Source: a virus
Taxonomy: Duplodnaviria; Caudoviricetes
Reading direction: 5' to 3' (one strand)
Length of the DNA stretch: 64,000 nt
IMG/VR virus record: IMGVR_UViG_2636415425_000001
Span: 1-64,000 of that record
Shown: one piece after another, positions 30,597 through 40,663 of the stretch
Layout: every line of letters begins with the position of its first letter
Numbering within the stretch: position 1 is the stretch's first letter
The notes under the pieces: generated by a model
What the model was told of the DNA's origin: nothing
The model's database searches: none
Seen by the model: only the letters and a program-made list of their open reading frames with translations
Translations under genes and position numbers: made by a program

Positions 30597-33500
30597 TTAG
30601 CTCCCGAAACCGCGTTGACGTGACGTCATGGCCTGAGAGATCGGGCCATTGCGGGAAGCGTCGTCGACCATGAGACCGGTGACGGCGTTTTTGAACATGA
30701 TATCGACCTGCGTGCCGTTATTTGTCCGGCTGACGCTGGTCTGCGGATCGGATCCAGACGGCGCGTTGTAGATGTTCACCGTTACAGCACCGCCGCCGGC
30801 ACTGTTGTCGTTTGCAGCACCCAAGCCGCCGGCGGAGACGCCGAGGCGCCCGTCGCGGCCGCGGCGCAGCGGCATGACGGCCTCCTCGCCGGCCTCGCCC
30901 ATGAGACCGGTGCCACCATTCGCCATAGGGAACAGAGTCGGCCGTGTCACGACGCCACCGAGCCGGAACGGGATGATGTTGCCGCCGGCGAAGACGTTGC
31001 CGCGGGCGCTCGGCGCTACGGGGCCAAACAGGTTGCTGCCGGCGGTGCCAGGCGAGCCGAAGGTGACGCCGGCGGACCCGAGGAGCGACCCGAAATCAGC
31101 GCCGCCACCCAGACCACCGAACGAGCTCTGCAGGCTCCGCATCAACGGCCCGACGACGAGCAGCTTGATGATCATTTCCTCGATCGCTCGGATCACCAGC
31201 TTCGAGGTGTCGGAGAACGCCTGGCCGAAGCTCTTGGACCCGTCGATCGCATCGGTGATTCCGGTCACGAGGTCGCTCGAGATCGTCGAAGAACTCTGGC
31301 TGATTGCCGCGTTTGTGCGGAGCGCTTGGGCCTCGACCGAGGCTAGCGCGGTCGCGACGTCCGGATAAACGGACTTCAACTGCTGCGCGATTTGAACGTC
31401 GTCGGGCGACAGCAGCGCGGTCTGGCGACCGAACCTAATGTCGTTCTGGATCTGCTTGAGCGCATTGGCCTGTGCCGCTGCACCGAGCGCCTTGGCCTGC
31501 GCTTCGATCGCGGCCTTGTCTTGGTCGGTCAGTTCTTTGTGGTTGCGGACGGCGTCGGTGAGAGCCGTCATCCGGGCCACGTACTCGGCCGCAGCACCCG
31601 CGGACATGCCGATCGTCGCGGTCTGGATCTTGGTCGCATCGGCCTGGGCCTTGATCTGCAGCGAGCCGTCGGCCTGCGCGCGGGCAAGGTCCAACTGATC
31701 CTTGATCTGCTTTGCCGTCAGGCCGGCGCCGGCTTCCTGTGCCCGCTGGAGCTCGAGCGTCTTCTGCCTGACGCTGTCAAGCACGCCGGCCGACTGACCG
31801 AGCGCGGACATGCGCGCCGATTGGACGCTGGAGGCAATATCCAACTGCAGGGCCGCCGTCGCCCGGCCGGTGTCCGTCGGTGATGCACCAATCTGGGCCG
31901 ACTTGGCGCGGATCTGCTCAAGTCCGGCAGCCAGCCGTTCCGCCGGGCTTGCCGCGGCGCCGAGGAACTCGACGAGGGCGTTCTTCGGCAGGGCCGCCAG
32001 CGCAGCACTGGTCGCCGTGATCGAGCGCTGCAGTTGGTCCATCGACTGACCAACCTTGGCCAGCTTCTGGTCGACGTCCGGCGCCGCGGCGAGGTCTTGA
32101 AGCAGCTTCAGTTGGTTCTGGAGATCCTGCGTCTGGCCGATGATCGGCAGCGCGGTCCGAATGGCCTGCTGCTGGGCCAGCGACTGCTGCGCATTGCGCG
32201 CTTCCTCGACAGCGGTCTTCTGGCGCTGGAGCGCGGCGGTAACCTTGTCGATCTGCGCTTGGGCGGCAGCGACGGCAGCGGGGTCAGCGATGGCCCCCAG
32301 CATCCCGGTCTCCGGATTGACCGTCCGCCCGCCTGTCTTCTGCAGAAATTCGAGATTGCGCTGGGCCGCCTGCAACTGGGCGTCGAGCGTCTGCGCCGGA
32401 TTCAAGACGTTGTAGATGCTCTTGCCAATCGAGTCCCAAGCGTTCGAAACGGTGTTGCCAAGCGCCGTCCATGCAGTCCGCGTCGTCGAGACGGTATTAG
32501 CGACGTCCAGCAGGCTTGATTTCACGCCCGCCGCGAGCACCACCTGCGCGGCGTAGGTCTTGTTCTGAGCGACAAGGTTCGTGATGTTTTGCTTCGTCGC
32601 GGCATCCAGGAAGCCGAGGCGCTGATTGAGATCTTCCGCGCCCTTCACCGGGTCGGCGAAGGCCTGCGCCAGCATCTTTGCCGCTTCCGTAGCGTCGACG
32701 CCGAAGATAGTCGAGATGTCCTTGCCCATCTGTACGATCGGCAGGATGTTGTCGTTGGCGATTTTGCCGGTCTCGGCCAGCGTCGCCGCAAATGATCGCG
32801 CCTCGGCGACCGAAAGCCCCGACCGGGATGAACCGGCGTCCGCGATCGAGTTGATGCTGCCAGGAGTGGCGCCGCTCGCGCGGCCGGATCCAAGGACCGA
32901 CCGGTTCACCTCCTGCTGCTTGTTCTGAAATGAGATCAGGGCTGCCACGCCAAGCCCGATTGCGCCGGCGATGCCGCCCCACACCAGACGGCCAACGCTG
33001 AGCAGGCTCAGAAACTTCGACCCAATCACGCTCGCGAAATCCAAAATGCTGGCCTTCGACGACTGGAAGATCTGGAAGACCTGCCCGCCCTGCTGCGCCA
33101 GGATCATGAAAGGCGACTGACCGAGCGCGAGGCCGGTGACGACGTCGTTCAGCTGATAGGACAGGTTGACGAGTTCGCCGGACGCGACACGGCCTGTGGT
33201 GCTGGCGTTCTTCAGCTGCTGTTGCACGTCGGTCAGCCGCTTCGCCAGCATGACCTGGGCCTGCTCATACTCGCCGGTCGAGATGTAACCGTCGGCGAGC
33301 AGCTTCTTGTATGTGACCATCTCGGCGCCGAGCCGCTGGAATTCCGTCTCGAGCGGCGCGATCTTCGAGCGCAGTTGCTCAGCCGCCGCGGTCATCTTCT
33401 GCTCGGCCGCGATTGCCTCGTCGAATTCCGCAGCCATGGCGGCGCCGGCGGCGTCGATCTCCATGAAAGCAGCGGCTGACGCCCTCGCCGATTTGGTGAC

Positions 33501-34424
33501 CTGGTCGTAGCCGAACGCCTGCGCGATCGATTGCTGGGTGCTGGCAGCGAGATGCGCGGCTCGTGCCTGCTCGATCTGGTCGAGGCGCGCGACCTCTGCG
33601 GCAAGGGCTTCATAGGTCGCGCCCTGCGAGGTCGCCGAAGCGCCGCCACCACCCAGAGCCTCAGTTAGGCTGCGCTGGAAATTCGCACCGGCCTGCTCGG
33701 CACGCATCCGGGCGATGTCGTCCAACTGTCGCAGATTGGCATCGAAGACGCTGGCGGAGTCCTTCGCAGACTTCGCTGCACCGGCGATCATCAGCCGGTC
33801 GAGATCCGCGCCGAATGCCGCACCGGTTTCCTGCGCCTTGGCCCGAGCGACCCCCTCGAGCCCGCCGTACTGCGCCAGGAAGGCGTCCGCACTATCCTTG
33901 GCCGACTTCGAATCGCCGCCGATGCCGAACGTGGCATTGATATCGGCTTGTGACTTCTGCGCCGTCGCCAATTGCTCGATCGCTGTCGCGGCACGGGTCG
34001 CGACCTCGGCATGGATCGAATATTCGTCGTTCAGCTGCCTGACGGCCGAGGTGATGGAGACCAAACCCTTCTCGGCTAGCGACGTGGCATCGGCGGTGAG
34101 CCCAAACTTCCGATAGGCCGCATCCAGGAGCAGGTTGGCCCGGTCGAGACCCATGCCACGGTCAACGGCGTTGCCAATCCGGCGGATAATCGCCTCGAAC
34201 TGCGCACCGGCGCCGTAGCCATCCAGCAAGGCCTTGCTGACAGAGGCCATGCCGCCCGGGATCCGAGCCAGCGCCGCATCCTGCTGCGCCAAGGCCGCGT
34301 TCAGGGCCTTGTCGCTCGCGATCATGCGATTGTCGGCGTCGACCTTCTGCTGGGCGCCACGGACATAGCCCGTGGCGTCGTAGTCAGAGGTGACTCGGAG
34401 AGACGACAGAGCTACTCCCGCCAT
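30597..34424 (-). CDS. Tail tape measure protein
   Basis: 1275 aa, Ala-rich; NLSYQLNDV...GQSPF..LAQQGGQ; GEAGEEAVMPL. Confidence 0.95.
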   Translation of the reverse strand: MAGVALSSLRVTSDYDATGYVRGAQQKVDADNRMIASDKALNAALAQQDAALARIPGGMASVSKALLDGYGAGAQFEAIIRRIGNAVDRGMGLDRANLLLDAAYRKFGLTADATSLAEKGLVSITSAVRQLNDEYSIHAEVATRAATAIEQLATAQKSQADINATFGIGGDSKSAKDSADAFLAQYGGLEGVARAKAQETGAAFGADLDRLMIAGAAKSAKDSASVFDANLRQLDDIARMRAEQAGANFQRSLTEALGGGGASATSQGATYEALAAEVARLDQIEQARAAHLAASTQQSIAQAFGYDQVTKSARASAAAFMEIDAAGAAMAAEFDEAIAAEQKMTAAAEQLRSKIAPLETEFQRLGAEMVTYKKLLADGYISTGEYEQAQVMLAKRLTDVQQQLKNASTTGRVASGELVNLSYQLNDVVTGLALGQSPFMILAQQGGQVFQIFQSSKASILDFASVIGSKFLSLLSVGRLVWGGIAGAIGLGVAALISFQNKQQEVNRSVLGSGRASGATPGSINSIADAGSSRSGLSVAEARSFAATLAETGKIANDNILPIVQMGKDISTIFGVDATEAAKMLAQAFADPVKGAEDLNQRLGFLDAATKQNITNLVAQNKTYAAQVVLAAGVKSSLLDVANTVSTTRTAWTALGNTVSNAWDSIGKSIYNVLNPAQTLDAQLQAAQRNLEFLQKTGGRTVNPETGMLGAIADPAAVAAAQAQIDKVTAALQRQKTAVEEARNAQQSLAQQQAIRTALPIIGQTQDLQNQLKLLQDLAAAPDVDQKLAKVGQSMDQLQRSITATSAALAALPKNALVEFLGAAASPAERLAAGLEQIRAKSAQIGASPTDTGRATAALQLDIASSVQSARMSALGQSAGVLDSVRQKTLELQRAQEAGAGLTAKQIKDQLDLARAQADGSLQIKAQADATKIQTATIGMSAGAAAEYVARMTALTDAVRNHKELTDQDKAAIEAQAKALGAAAQANALKQIQNDIRFGRQTALLSPDDVQIAQQLKSVYPDVATALASVEAQALRTNAAISQSSSTISSDLVTGITDAIDGSKSFGQAFSDTSKLVIRAIEEMIIKLLVVGPLMRSLQSSFGGLGGGADFGSLLGSAGVTFGSPGTAGSNLFGPVAPSARGNVFAGGNIIPFRLGGVVTRPTLFPMANGGTGLMGEAGEEAVMPLRRGRDGRLGVSAGGLGAANDNSAGGGAVTVNIYNAPSGSDPQTSVSRTNNGTQVDIMFKNAVTGLMVDDASRNGPISQAMTSRQRGFGS

Positions 34425-34824
34425 GATATCCCCCCTCCGTCATCCGCTTGCGGTTGTCTTCCGCCTCCCTCTCCTTCCGTGCTTCACGCGCGACGTGCTC
34501 GAGGTATTCCTCGTCCAAGCCGCCGACGAGCGCCAAGAACGTCTCGAACTCGACGCCACAGATACCGTAGCGCCGCGCATAAGCATCGATTGAGAGGAAG
34601 GTGATGGGCGACTCTCCGCCCATGGCGCCGTATTGGCGATCGAACCGAAGCGCGTGCCAGGCTCGCCAGTACGTTTCGGCCCAGAATGGAAGCGAAGCTT
34701 CATCCGGGCGCTCGGCCTGCGCCGCAAACTCTGCGGCGTCAGGGTCTTCTTCGGCGAGCTCGGCGAGCCAATCGTCCGTGCCCTTCTGCTCGAGCTCGTA
34801 GCGAAGGGCCGCCCTCAGTTTTTT
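34384..34824 (-). CDS. Tail assembly chaperone -1 frameshift extension (gpGT-like)
   Basis: Open -1 frame LRAALRYEL...PITFLSIDAYA after slippery A AAA AAC at 34818-34824. Confidence 0.8.
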   Translation of the reverse strand, partial: KKLRAALRYELEQKGTDDWLAELAEEDPDAAEFAAQAERPDEASLPFWAETYWRAWHALRFDRQYGAMGGESPITFLSIDAYARRYGICGVEFETFLALVGGLDEEYLEHVAREARKEREAEDNRKRMTEGGYHGGSSSVVSPSHL

Positions 34825-35261
34825 ACTTTGGCCGCGACGAACTCGGCCTCATCACGACCGACCCGCATTGCGGCGGCATAGATCGAGCCTCGGATATAGC
34901 GGTACTCCGGATCGGTCAGGATCTCGGTCGCCTTCTCCTTCGAGAACAAGATGTCCTGCTCGTCATCATCGACCAAGCCGTCCCAGCCGAGAAGCAAGTG
35001 CTCCACGGCAAGTTCGCCATAGGCGTCGGCGAGGATCTCATCCGGAACGCTGTCACCGTGCTTGCGGGCCAGCTTGGCGGCGATCGCATCGCGAGCGATC
35101 CTGAACGGTGCGTAGTTCGTCGACCGGACGAACCACTTGATTGCACCGCCGGCGTCAATATCAAGAGCCGGTATCCAGTCGCCTTCGCGCTCCTTCTGGC
35201 TGTCGGCCCTCATTGAGGACAGTTTCAACTTACGCACGGTCTTTTCGGGGGTTTCAGTCAT
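34815..35261 (-). CDS. Tail assembly chaperone (gpG-like)
   Basis: EGDW...LLGWDGL; ends KN* at the slippery site. Confidence 0.85.
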   Translation of the reverse strand: MTETPEKTVRKLKLSSMRADSQKEREGDWIPALDIDAGGAIKWFVRSTNYAPFRIARDAIAAKLARKHGDSVPDEILADAYGELAVEHLLLGWDGLVDDDEQDILFSKEKATEILTDPEYRYIRGSIYAAAMRVGRDEAEFVAAKVKN

Positions 35262-35431
35262 GGTTTGGTGTCACCTTGGAGAAACAAGGGAACCTGGCTG
35301 GCGCCAGGGGTGAGACCGCACTTCACGAGGACACCAATCCTCTACCGGCATCAACCGGTCCTGAAGGCGGAGAAAGATGGAGATAGGGTGAGCGAAATGT
35401 CCGGCGCGATCGGCGCAGCCGCAACACTTCG

Positions 35432-36664
35432 TTATTGAAGCTGCGGAGGCGTCGGAGGCGCCGACGGAGTGTTCCGATACGAGTTATACTGCGACAGCGT
35501 CACCGAGAAGGCGATGCCGCCCGGATTGTTCGGACCCGTGATCAGCAGCCGCGCATCAGTCACTGACGACGTGATGGCGAAATTGAACTGGGCTCGCCCG
35601 GCGGTGGCCGGCAACGGCTGGATCGTACTGATGGGCGAGGTGCCCGATATGACAGTCCAAACGCAAGGATTTCCAGCGGTGCAGCCTGTCTCTGCCGATA
35701 TATCGGCGGAAGCCCAATAGGTGTCGCCACTGTTCAACGTTCCGATCGGGACGCCGCCGCCTAGCGGATAGGCGGAAGCCGAGATCGTTATCGACCCGGC
35801 GCTATTCCATACCGCACTGCCACCGAACGCCGGATCGCCGACGAAGCCGGATGCATTGGTCGGGAAGGTCGTCTCGAGCACGGTGTTGAGCGTCGGAAAC
35901 GGATAGCTGGTTGTCGCCTCTACAGTGCAGCGATTGATCTGCAGGAGATTGTCGAGGAATTCAGAAAATACCCAAGACCCGGCATATGTCGCCAGCTGCG
36001 GATCGTGCACGGTCTGACTGCCGAGCACGGCGCCGGTCGCCGCGTTGCGCATTACCATGGAGGCGTTTGTGCCCCCATCGTAATTCAGCTCACTCTGGTA
36101 TTGAACGCCTGACACCAGTGTGTAGTTGGCGGAAACCCACCACGCGGGCAGAGTGAAGTTTGCGCCATTCACGCCGAGACGCAGGAGGAAGAACGTTGCG
36201 TCACTCTCGCCGTGCAGATAGGGCAGCGTTCCGGTGGTGTCGTTGGTGAACGCATAGGTTGGCGGCGTGTTCACCGTGCCGGATGGATAATTCCACAGGC
36301 ACGACATCCGACGCGGCACTTGCCCGAACTTCTGAAATGCGTACAGGACTTGGCTCCCGACCGGCAGCGTCATCCGGCCGCCGCCCGCGATGCCGTTCGC
36401 CGCGCCAGTGCCGCTGGCCTGATACGCCGGCCCCTTCGGCGGGATGCGACCATTCAGCGATGTCGTCTTGCCTGTGTAGTCGTCATAGCCGAGATATTTC
36501 GAGAACGGAGCCGGCTTGCCGAGCAGCGATGTCTGCCGGCTTTGATCGAAGGCGTGAGCTTCGGTCACATGTTGCAGGAAATTGATGAAGACTGCGATGA
36601 AGGCGATCAGCGCGAGGATCGGAACAGTCCAACTCAACCACCGGGGGATGGGACGGTTATGCAT
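35432..36664 (-). CDS. Membrane-anchored/exported beta-rich protein
   Basis: N-terminal TM/signal, S/T/G-rich; TGATG coupling. Confidence 0.75.
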   Translation of the reverse strand: MHNRPIPRWLSWTVPILALIAFIAVFINFLQHVTEAHAFDQSRQTSLLGKPAPFSKYLGYDDYTGKTTSLNGRIPPKGPAYQASGTGAANGIAGGGRMTLPVGSQVLYAFQKFGQVPRRMSCLWNYPSGTVNTPPTYAFTNDTTGTLPYLHGESDATFFLLRLGVNGANFTLPAWWVSANYTLVSGVQYQSELNYDGGTNASMVMRNAATGAVLGSQTVHDPQLATYAGSWVFSEFLDNLLQINRCTVEATTSYPFPTLNTVLETTFPTNASGFVGDPAFGGSAVWNSAGSITISASAYPLGGGVPIGTLNSGDTYWASADISAETGCTAGNPCVWTVISGTSPISTIQPLPATAGRAQFNFAITSSVTDARLLITGPNNPGGIAFSVTLSQYNSYRNTPSAPPTPPQLQ

Positions 36665-37716
36665 CAGTTGAGCCCCACCGTCGCGATACCGACGCGCAGC
36701 ACCTCCCCGCTTACCGGCACATACGGGTTGGTCACCTCAACCATGCCGATGATGTTCTGCGTGCCCGACGTACATTGCGCCTGATACGGTGCCCCGGACA
36801 GGCTCACGCCGCTGTTGGAGCCGGACGATTGATTGCTGCCGAGCGTGAACGGGGTGCCGTTGAAACTACCTGTCAGGTTGGCGAAGTCGGCTGACGTGAT
36901 GTTGAAGGCCGCATTGTCGTTCACATTCGTGCCAGGCGTCGCCGAGAACAACCACAACACGCCACTCAGCTTCAGCGTCGGGTTGGCGCTCGACCAGATG
37001 TCGGTACGCGTGATCAGAACCTGGCCACCGTTCACGCGGCAGACACCGCTGAGCGTGAAGAAGTTCGTCGCGCCCGAGGTCGCATTATTCCAGCCGGTGT
37101 TGACCGTGTATGTGGTCGTGTTGGCTGGCCGGGTAATCGAGGCCGTCGCGTATGCCGCGAACCCGGCGCCGATAGCGTTGCCCGACGCATCAACGTTCTG
37201 GGTCTTCTGGGTACCGTTTGTCTGGTTCGCCGCGGTGGCTGCTCCAGATGGTAGGTTGACGGTCAGCGTTCCGGCCAGGAGCGCGCGGACCGCCTCGAGC
37301 TTGACTCCCTGATAGCGGTTGATCGCCATCAGGCTGGCTGCGCTGGAGCCGTCCCAGGTCGAATTGGCCTGCGCGCCGATGGAGGTATCGATGTTGCCGA
37401 CAGACGTGTTGCCGGTTGCCTGGTTTGCTGCGGTTGCGGCTCCGTTCAACGTGCCAAGATTGAAAGTCGGCGTCGATGCAAAGCCGGGCAGCAGGACGCC
37501 CGTTCCGAACTGAAACGAGAGCGGATTGGCCGCCGTACCAACCGCGGTGCCGGCACTATCCGTCAAGTAATGCGGGACGATGCACACCACGCTCGTGCAG
37601 TCGCCGCTGCTCTTGAATGTGAGCGTCGCGCCATCCTTATTTTTGCTGGTGAAGTCAGCACAAGCGGGACCGACCAGTGCAGCAATCAGGGCAAGAGCGA
37701 GCGATATCCTGCGCAT
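36664..37716 (-). CDS. Exported fibre-like protein
   Basis: Signal peptide; repeated GAATAANQ; G/T/N-rich. Confidence 0.8.
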   Translation of the reverse strand: MRRISLALALIAALVGPACADFTSKNKDGATLTFKSSGDCTSVVCIVPHYLTDSAGTAVGTAANPLSFQFGTGVLLPGFASTPTFNLGTLNGAATAANQATGNTSVGNIDTSIGAQANSTWDGSSAASLMAINRYQGVKLEAVRALLAGTLTVNLPSGAATAANQTNGTQKTQNVDASGNAIGAGFAAYATASITRPANTTTYTVNTGWNNATSGATNFFTLSGVCRVNGGQVLITRTDIWSSANPTLKLSGVLWLFSATPGTNVNDNAAFNITSADFANLTGSFNGTPFTLGSNQSSGSNSGVSLSGAPYQAQCTSGTQNIIGMVEVTNPYVPVSGEVLRVGIATVGLN

Positions 37717-37725
37717 AGCGGCTCC

Positions 37726-37956
37726 TTAGAAAAGGGCTGAAAAAATCGAGGTCTGGCAGCTGTCAGAGAAGTCGATCTGGCCCTGACCGGTGCAGCCGAC
37801 CGGCTGGACACCTCCGGACTGCTTCTTCATAACGGCGCGGCCCATCTTCCCGACGCTGACGCCATACTTGCCGACACCGAGAGCCTGCACGTCGGTGCCC
37901 AAAAAGGCGGAGGCGAGCAGAGCGGCCACCGCAAACGCGGCGATAGCGCGCTTCAT
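37726..37956 (-). CDS. Small exported protein
   Basis: Signal peptide MKRAIAAFAVAALLASA; ATGA coupling. Confidence 0.65.
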   Translation of the reverse strand: MKRAIAAFAVAALLASAFLGTDVQALGVGKYGVSVGKMGRAVMKKQSGGVQPVGCTGQGQIDFSDSCQTSIFSALF

Positions 37957-38324
37957 GGATTGGCCACGATCGAGATGATCTGGCCGGCCTTCACTCCGAA
38001 ATATTCCGGGGCATCCGGTCCCAGCGGAGTGTTCGCAGTCGTTGCAGCGGTCGATCCCGCGGGACCAATGGACACCGCGCACCTGGTGTCGCAATTGACG
38101 CGGATATAGGTCGTCCCGACTGAGAACGCCGCCGACTCGGCATGACCGCCCGAGAAGTCAATCAGAGGCTGCTCCACCGCAGGAGGCATCGCCGCAATCT
38201 GCAATCGAACGTTCATTGCGGCTGCGCCGGCCTCGGTAAACTCGGCGATATGTGCCTTCGCCGCGAATGCCGGGCTTCCGCCCAGCAAAACGGTAGCCGC
38301 GATCAGCGCCATGACCCTGTTCAT
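37953..38324 (-). CDS. Exported hypothetical protein
   Basis: Signal peptide ending AFA; PEYFGV motif. Confidence 0.75.
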   Translation of the reverse strand: MNRVMALIAATVLLGGSPAFAAKAHIAEFTEAGAAAMNVRLQIAAMPPAVEQPLIDFSGGHAESAAFSVGTTYIRVNCDTRCAVSIGPAGSTAATTANTPLGPDAPEYFGVKAGQIISIVANP

Positions 38325-38372
38325 GTCGTTTAGCCTCGTTTTCGCGATGTGGGAGAGCGGCGGATCAGGCGC

Positions 38373-39854
38373 TTATTCGACATACTCGAGCCGATCGAGG
38401 AGTACGTGCGCATTGGTCACGACGTCCTGCGAGGCCTGGTAATCGAAGTCCGCCATGACGTCCGTATTCTTGGCAGTGGCCTGCGGGTTGCCGCCGCCGC
38501 GGTACACGGCGCGCGGCACCTGGAAGATCAGGGCTTGGCCGTTCTTCGAGATGCGCGAATTGATCGGCCGCGGCGTGCCGTTGTAGAAGGCCTGCACCTC
38601 GGTCGCGCTGCCGAAGTACGTCGTGACCTTGCCGGTCACGGTGCACTCACCGTCGTTGATCGCCACCGGAGCGTCGGAGTCGACAGCGTCCAGCGTCCGG
38701 AGGTTGTTGTTGATCTGGATCGAGAAGCCCTTCGCCCAGTTCGGCGCGCCCAACTGCAGCTGGTTGACGCCCAGGCGCCCCACGTTGGCGTTTGCGGCCA
38801 TGACGACGCCCGTGGTGACGGGATCCGGGCTGGCGTCCAAAGGCACCGTCCCGATGCTGCCGCCGAGACCCGTGAACGTTGCCTGCCACTTCAACTTGTC
38901 GCCGCTCTGCATGTCGACATTGAAGGTGTTGGCCTGCATGCCGATGTTCACGATGTAGGACGGCACCGGCTGGCCGAGGAAGCCGCGCTCGATCGTCACG
39001 GAGTTCGGCAGGACGCCGTTCTTGATCTGGTCGCCAAAGAAGGCCCAGATCGTCTTGCCCGTGCCGGCATCGGCTGCCCAGCCCGACGGCAGATTGTCCA
39101 GCGTCAGCTTCTGAGCCGCGATCGCGGTGACGCGCGCATATGCGGCCGCTCGCGCCTTCGCCCCGGCAGTGACCAGGAACGCAAACTGGGTGATATCGGC
39201 ACCGCCGCCGACCTTGATCCACTGACCGACGACAAGCCCGAGGGTGGTGAAGTCGAGCGCGGTCGAACCGAGACCGTCAACCAAGGCCGTGATGTCGCCC
39301 GCAACGCCGGCAAAGCCAACGACCTTCAACTTGGCGGTGCCGGGAGGTGCTGCTTCCGCCACCAGGCCGGCCGCGCCGACGATTGTGGTTCCGGTTGAGG
39401 CAGACGCTCGGAAGACCTGGTTGTTGGCTGCCTGGCCGAAGCCGCTCGCGCGCACCAGCATGCCCACCTTCACCGCGGCGCCGCCCGACGCCACGGCATA
39501 GGTCGAGGCGGTCGTGCCAGCATCGGTGATGATGCTGTCGGCGACGCCATCGTTGAAGAACTGCGGGGTGTTCACCCAGACGCTCTCGAAGGCCGACATC
39601 AGGATCTCGGACAGCGGCGAGCCGTCGTCCGGATACGAGATTTCACCGTTCAGCCCGCCCGACGATGCCTGGTTCGTCTTGATTGGGTCACCGAGCATGC
39701 GGTCGTCTCGGATTTCCTCCGAGTCCACATACGTCGGACCATACTGGAGCGACTCGCCGGTCATTCTGACCTTGCGCATGCGAGGCGTCGTCGGGGTTAC
39801 TCCCGGCGTGGTCTCCCGAACGAGCGTTACTTGCGTGCGGTTGGCTGAGGTCAC
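38373..39854 (-). CDS. Major tail tube protein
   Basis: ETTPGVTP...RMTGESL...SEEIRDDR N-terminus. Confidence 0.88.
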   Translation of the reverse strand: MTSANRTQVTLVRETTPGVTPTTPRMRKVRMTGESLQYGPTYVDSEEIRDDRMLGDPIKTNQASSGGLNGEISYPDDGSPLSEILMSAFESVWVNTPQFFNDGVADSIITDAGTTASTYAVASGGAAVKVGMLVRASGFGQAANNQVFRASASTGTTIVGAAGLVAEAAPPGTAKLKVVGFAGVAGDITALVDGLGSTALDFTTLGLVVGQWIKVGGGADITQFAFLVTAGAKARAAAYARVTAIAAQKLTLDNLPSGWAADAGTGKTIWAFFGDQIKNGVLPNSVTIERGFLGQPVPSYIVNIGMQANTFNVDMQSGDKLKWQATFTGLGGSIGTVPLDASPDPVTTGVVMAANANVGRLGVNQLQLGAPNWAKGFSIQINNNLRTLDAVDSDAPVAINDGECTVTGKVTTYFGSATEVQAFYNGTPRPINSRISKNGQALIFQVPRAVYRGGGNPQATAKNTDVMADFDYQASQDVVTNAHVLLDRLEYVE

Positions 39855-39919
39855 GGCTTTCTCCCAAAGAAAAAGGCGCCAGAGGCGCCTTGCGTGAGGT
39901 CAGGAATTGTGGGTGATGA

Positions 39920-40174
39920 CTATTTTTCGGACGTCGGCGGAGCTGCCTTCGGGAGCGGCTCGGGCTTGTCCGGCGCGACGAACACGGGCGCCGACGGCGG
40001 GCCTGGCAGCGGCGCAGGCTTGTCGCCCTGCTCCTTGATGAAGCCGCGCGACTTCAGCGTCTCGATGGTGTGCGGCTCGATATGATCGTCCGAGCGGACA
40101 ACGTTGCTGCGGTCGTCATCGGGCTTGAAGCGGCGGTTCACGGTGTTGAACGGCTTCACGACGTCATAGTCCAT
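39920..40174 (-). CDS. Hypothetical protein
   Basis: AGGAG RBS. Confidence 0.7.
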   Translation of the reverse strand: MDYDVVKPFNTVNRRFKPDDDRSNVVRSDDHIEPHTIETLKSRGFIKEQGDKPAPLPGPPSAPVFVAPDKPEPLPKAAPPTSEK

Positions 40175-40183
40175 TGCTGTCTC

Positions 40184-40663
40184 CTATTCGGCCTCGGTCA
40201 GGCGCCATTCAATGCTGACGGACATCAGGTAATAGTTCGCGTTCTCGGCTCCGGGATCACCGGCGCCCATGTCGGCGTCCAAGAACTCGAGGCGATCATT
40301 GAGCATCGTCTTGCCGCGGAACATGTTCGCGAGTCCCTTGGCGATCCGGCGAGCGTCGCGCGATCCAATGCCGCGAGGCGTGAAGACGTGGAACCAGAGC
40401 GTTCCTTCCTCATCCCAGCGATTGCCGCCGGGATCGACACCGCCGCCGATCGATTGTTGCCCGTACAACTGGCTGTTCAGGATGACCAGAACCCAACTCT
40501 TGATCTCTCCACTCGGAGAACTGTCTCCCTCGTTCTCGTAAACGAGCGGCGCGACGCTGAAATCCCAGTCGCCCGCTACCAACTGGTTATTGGTGACATC
40601 GACGTAACCAAGATAGCCGCGGATCGCGTCGAACACCTCGTCGTACGGTTGATCCACCATCAC
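40184..40663 (-). CDS. Tail terminator protein
   Basis: Position; G.L.FHVFTP.G.G motif. Confidence 0.75.
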   Translation of the reverse strand: MMVDQPYDEVFDAIRGYLGYVDVTNNQLVAGDWDFSVAPLVYENEGDSSPSGEIKSWVLVILNSQLYGQQSIGGGVDPGGNRWDEEGTLWFHVFTPRGIGSRDARRIAKGLANMFRGKTMLNDRLEFLDADMGAGDPGAENANYYLMSVSIEWRLTEAE

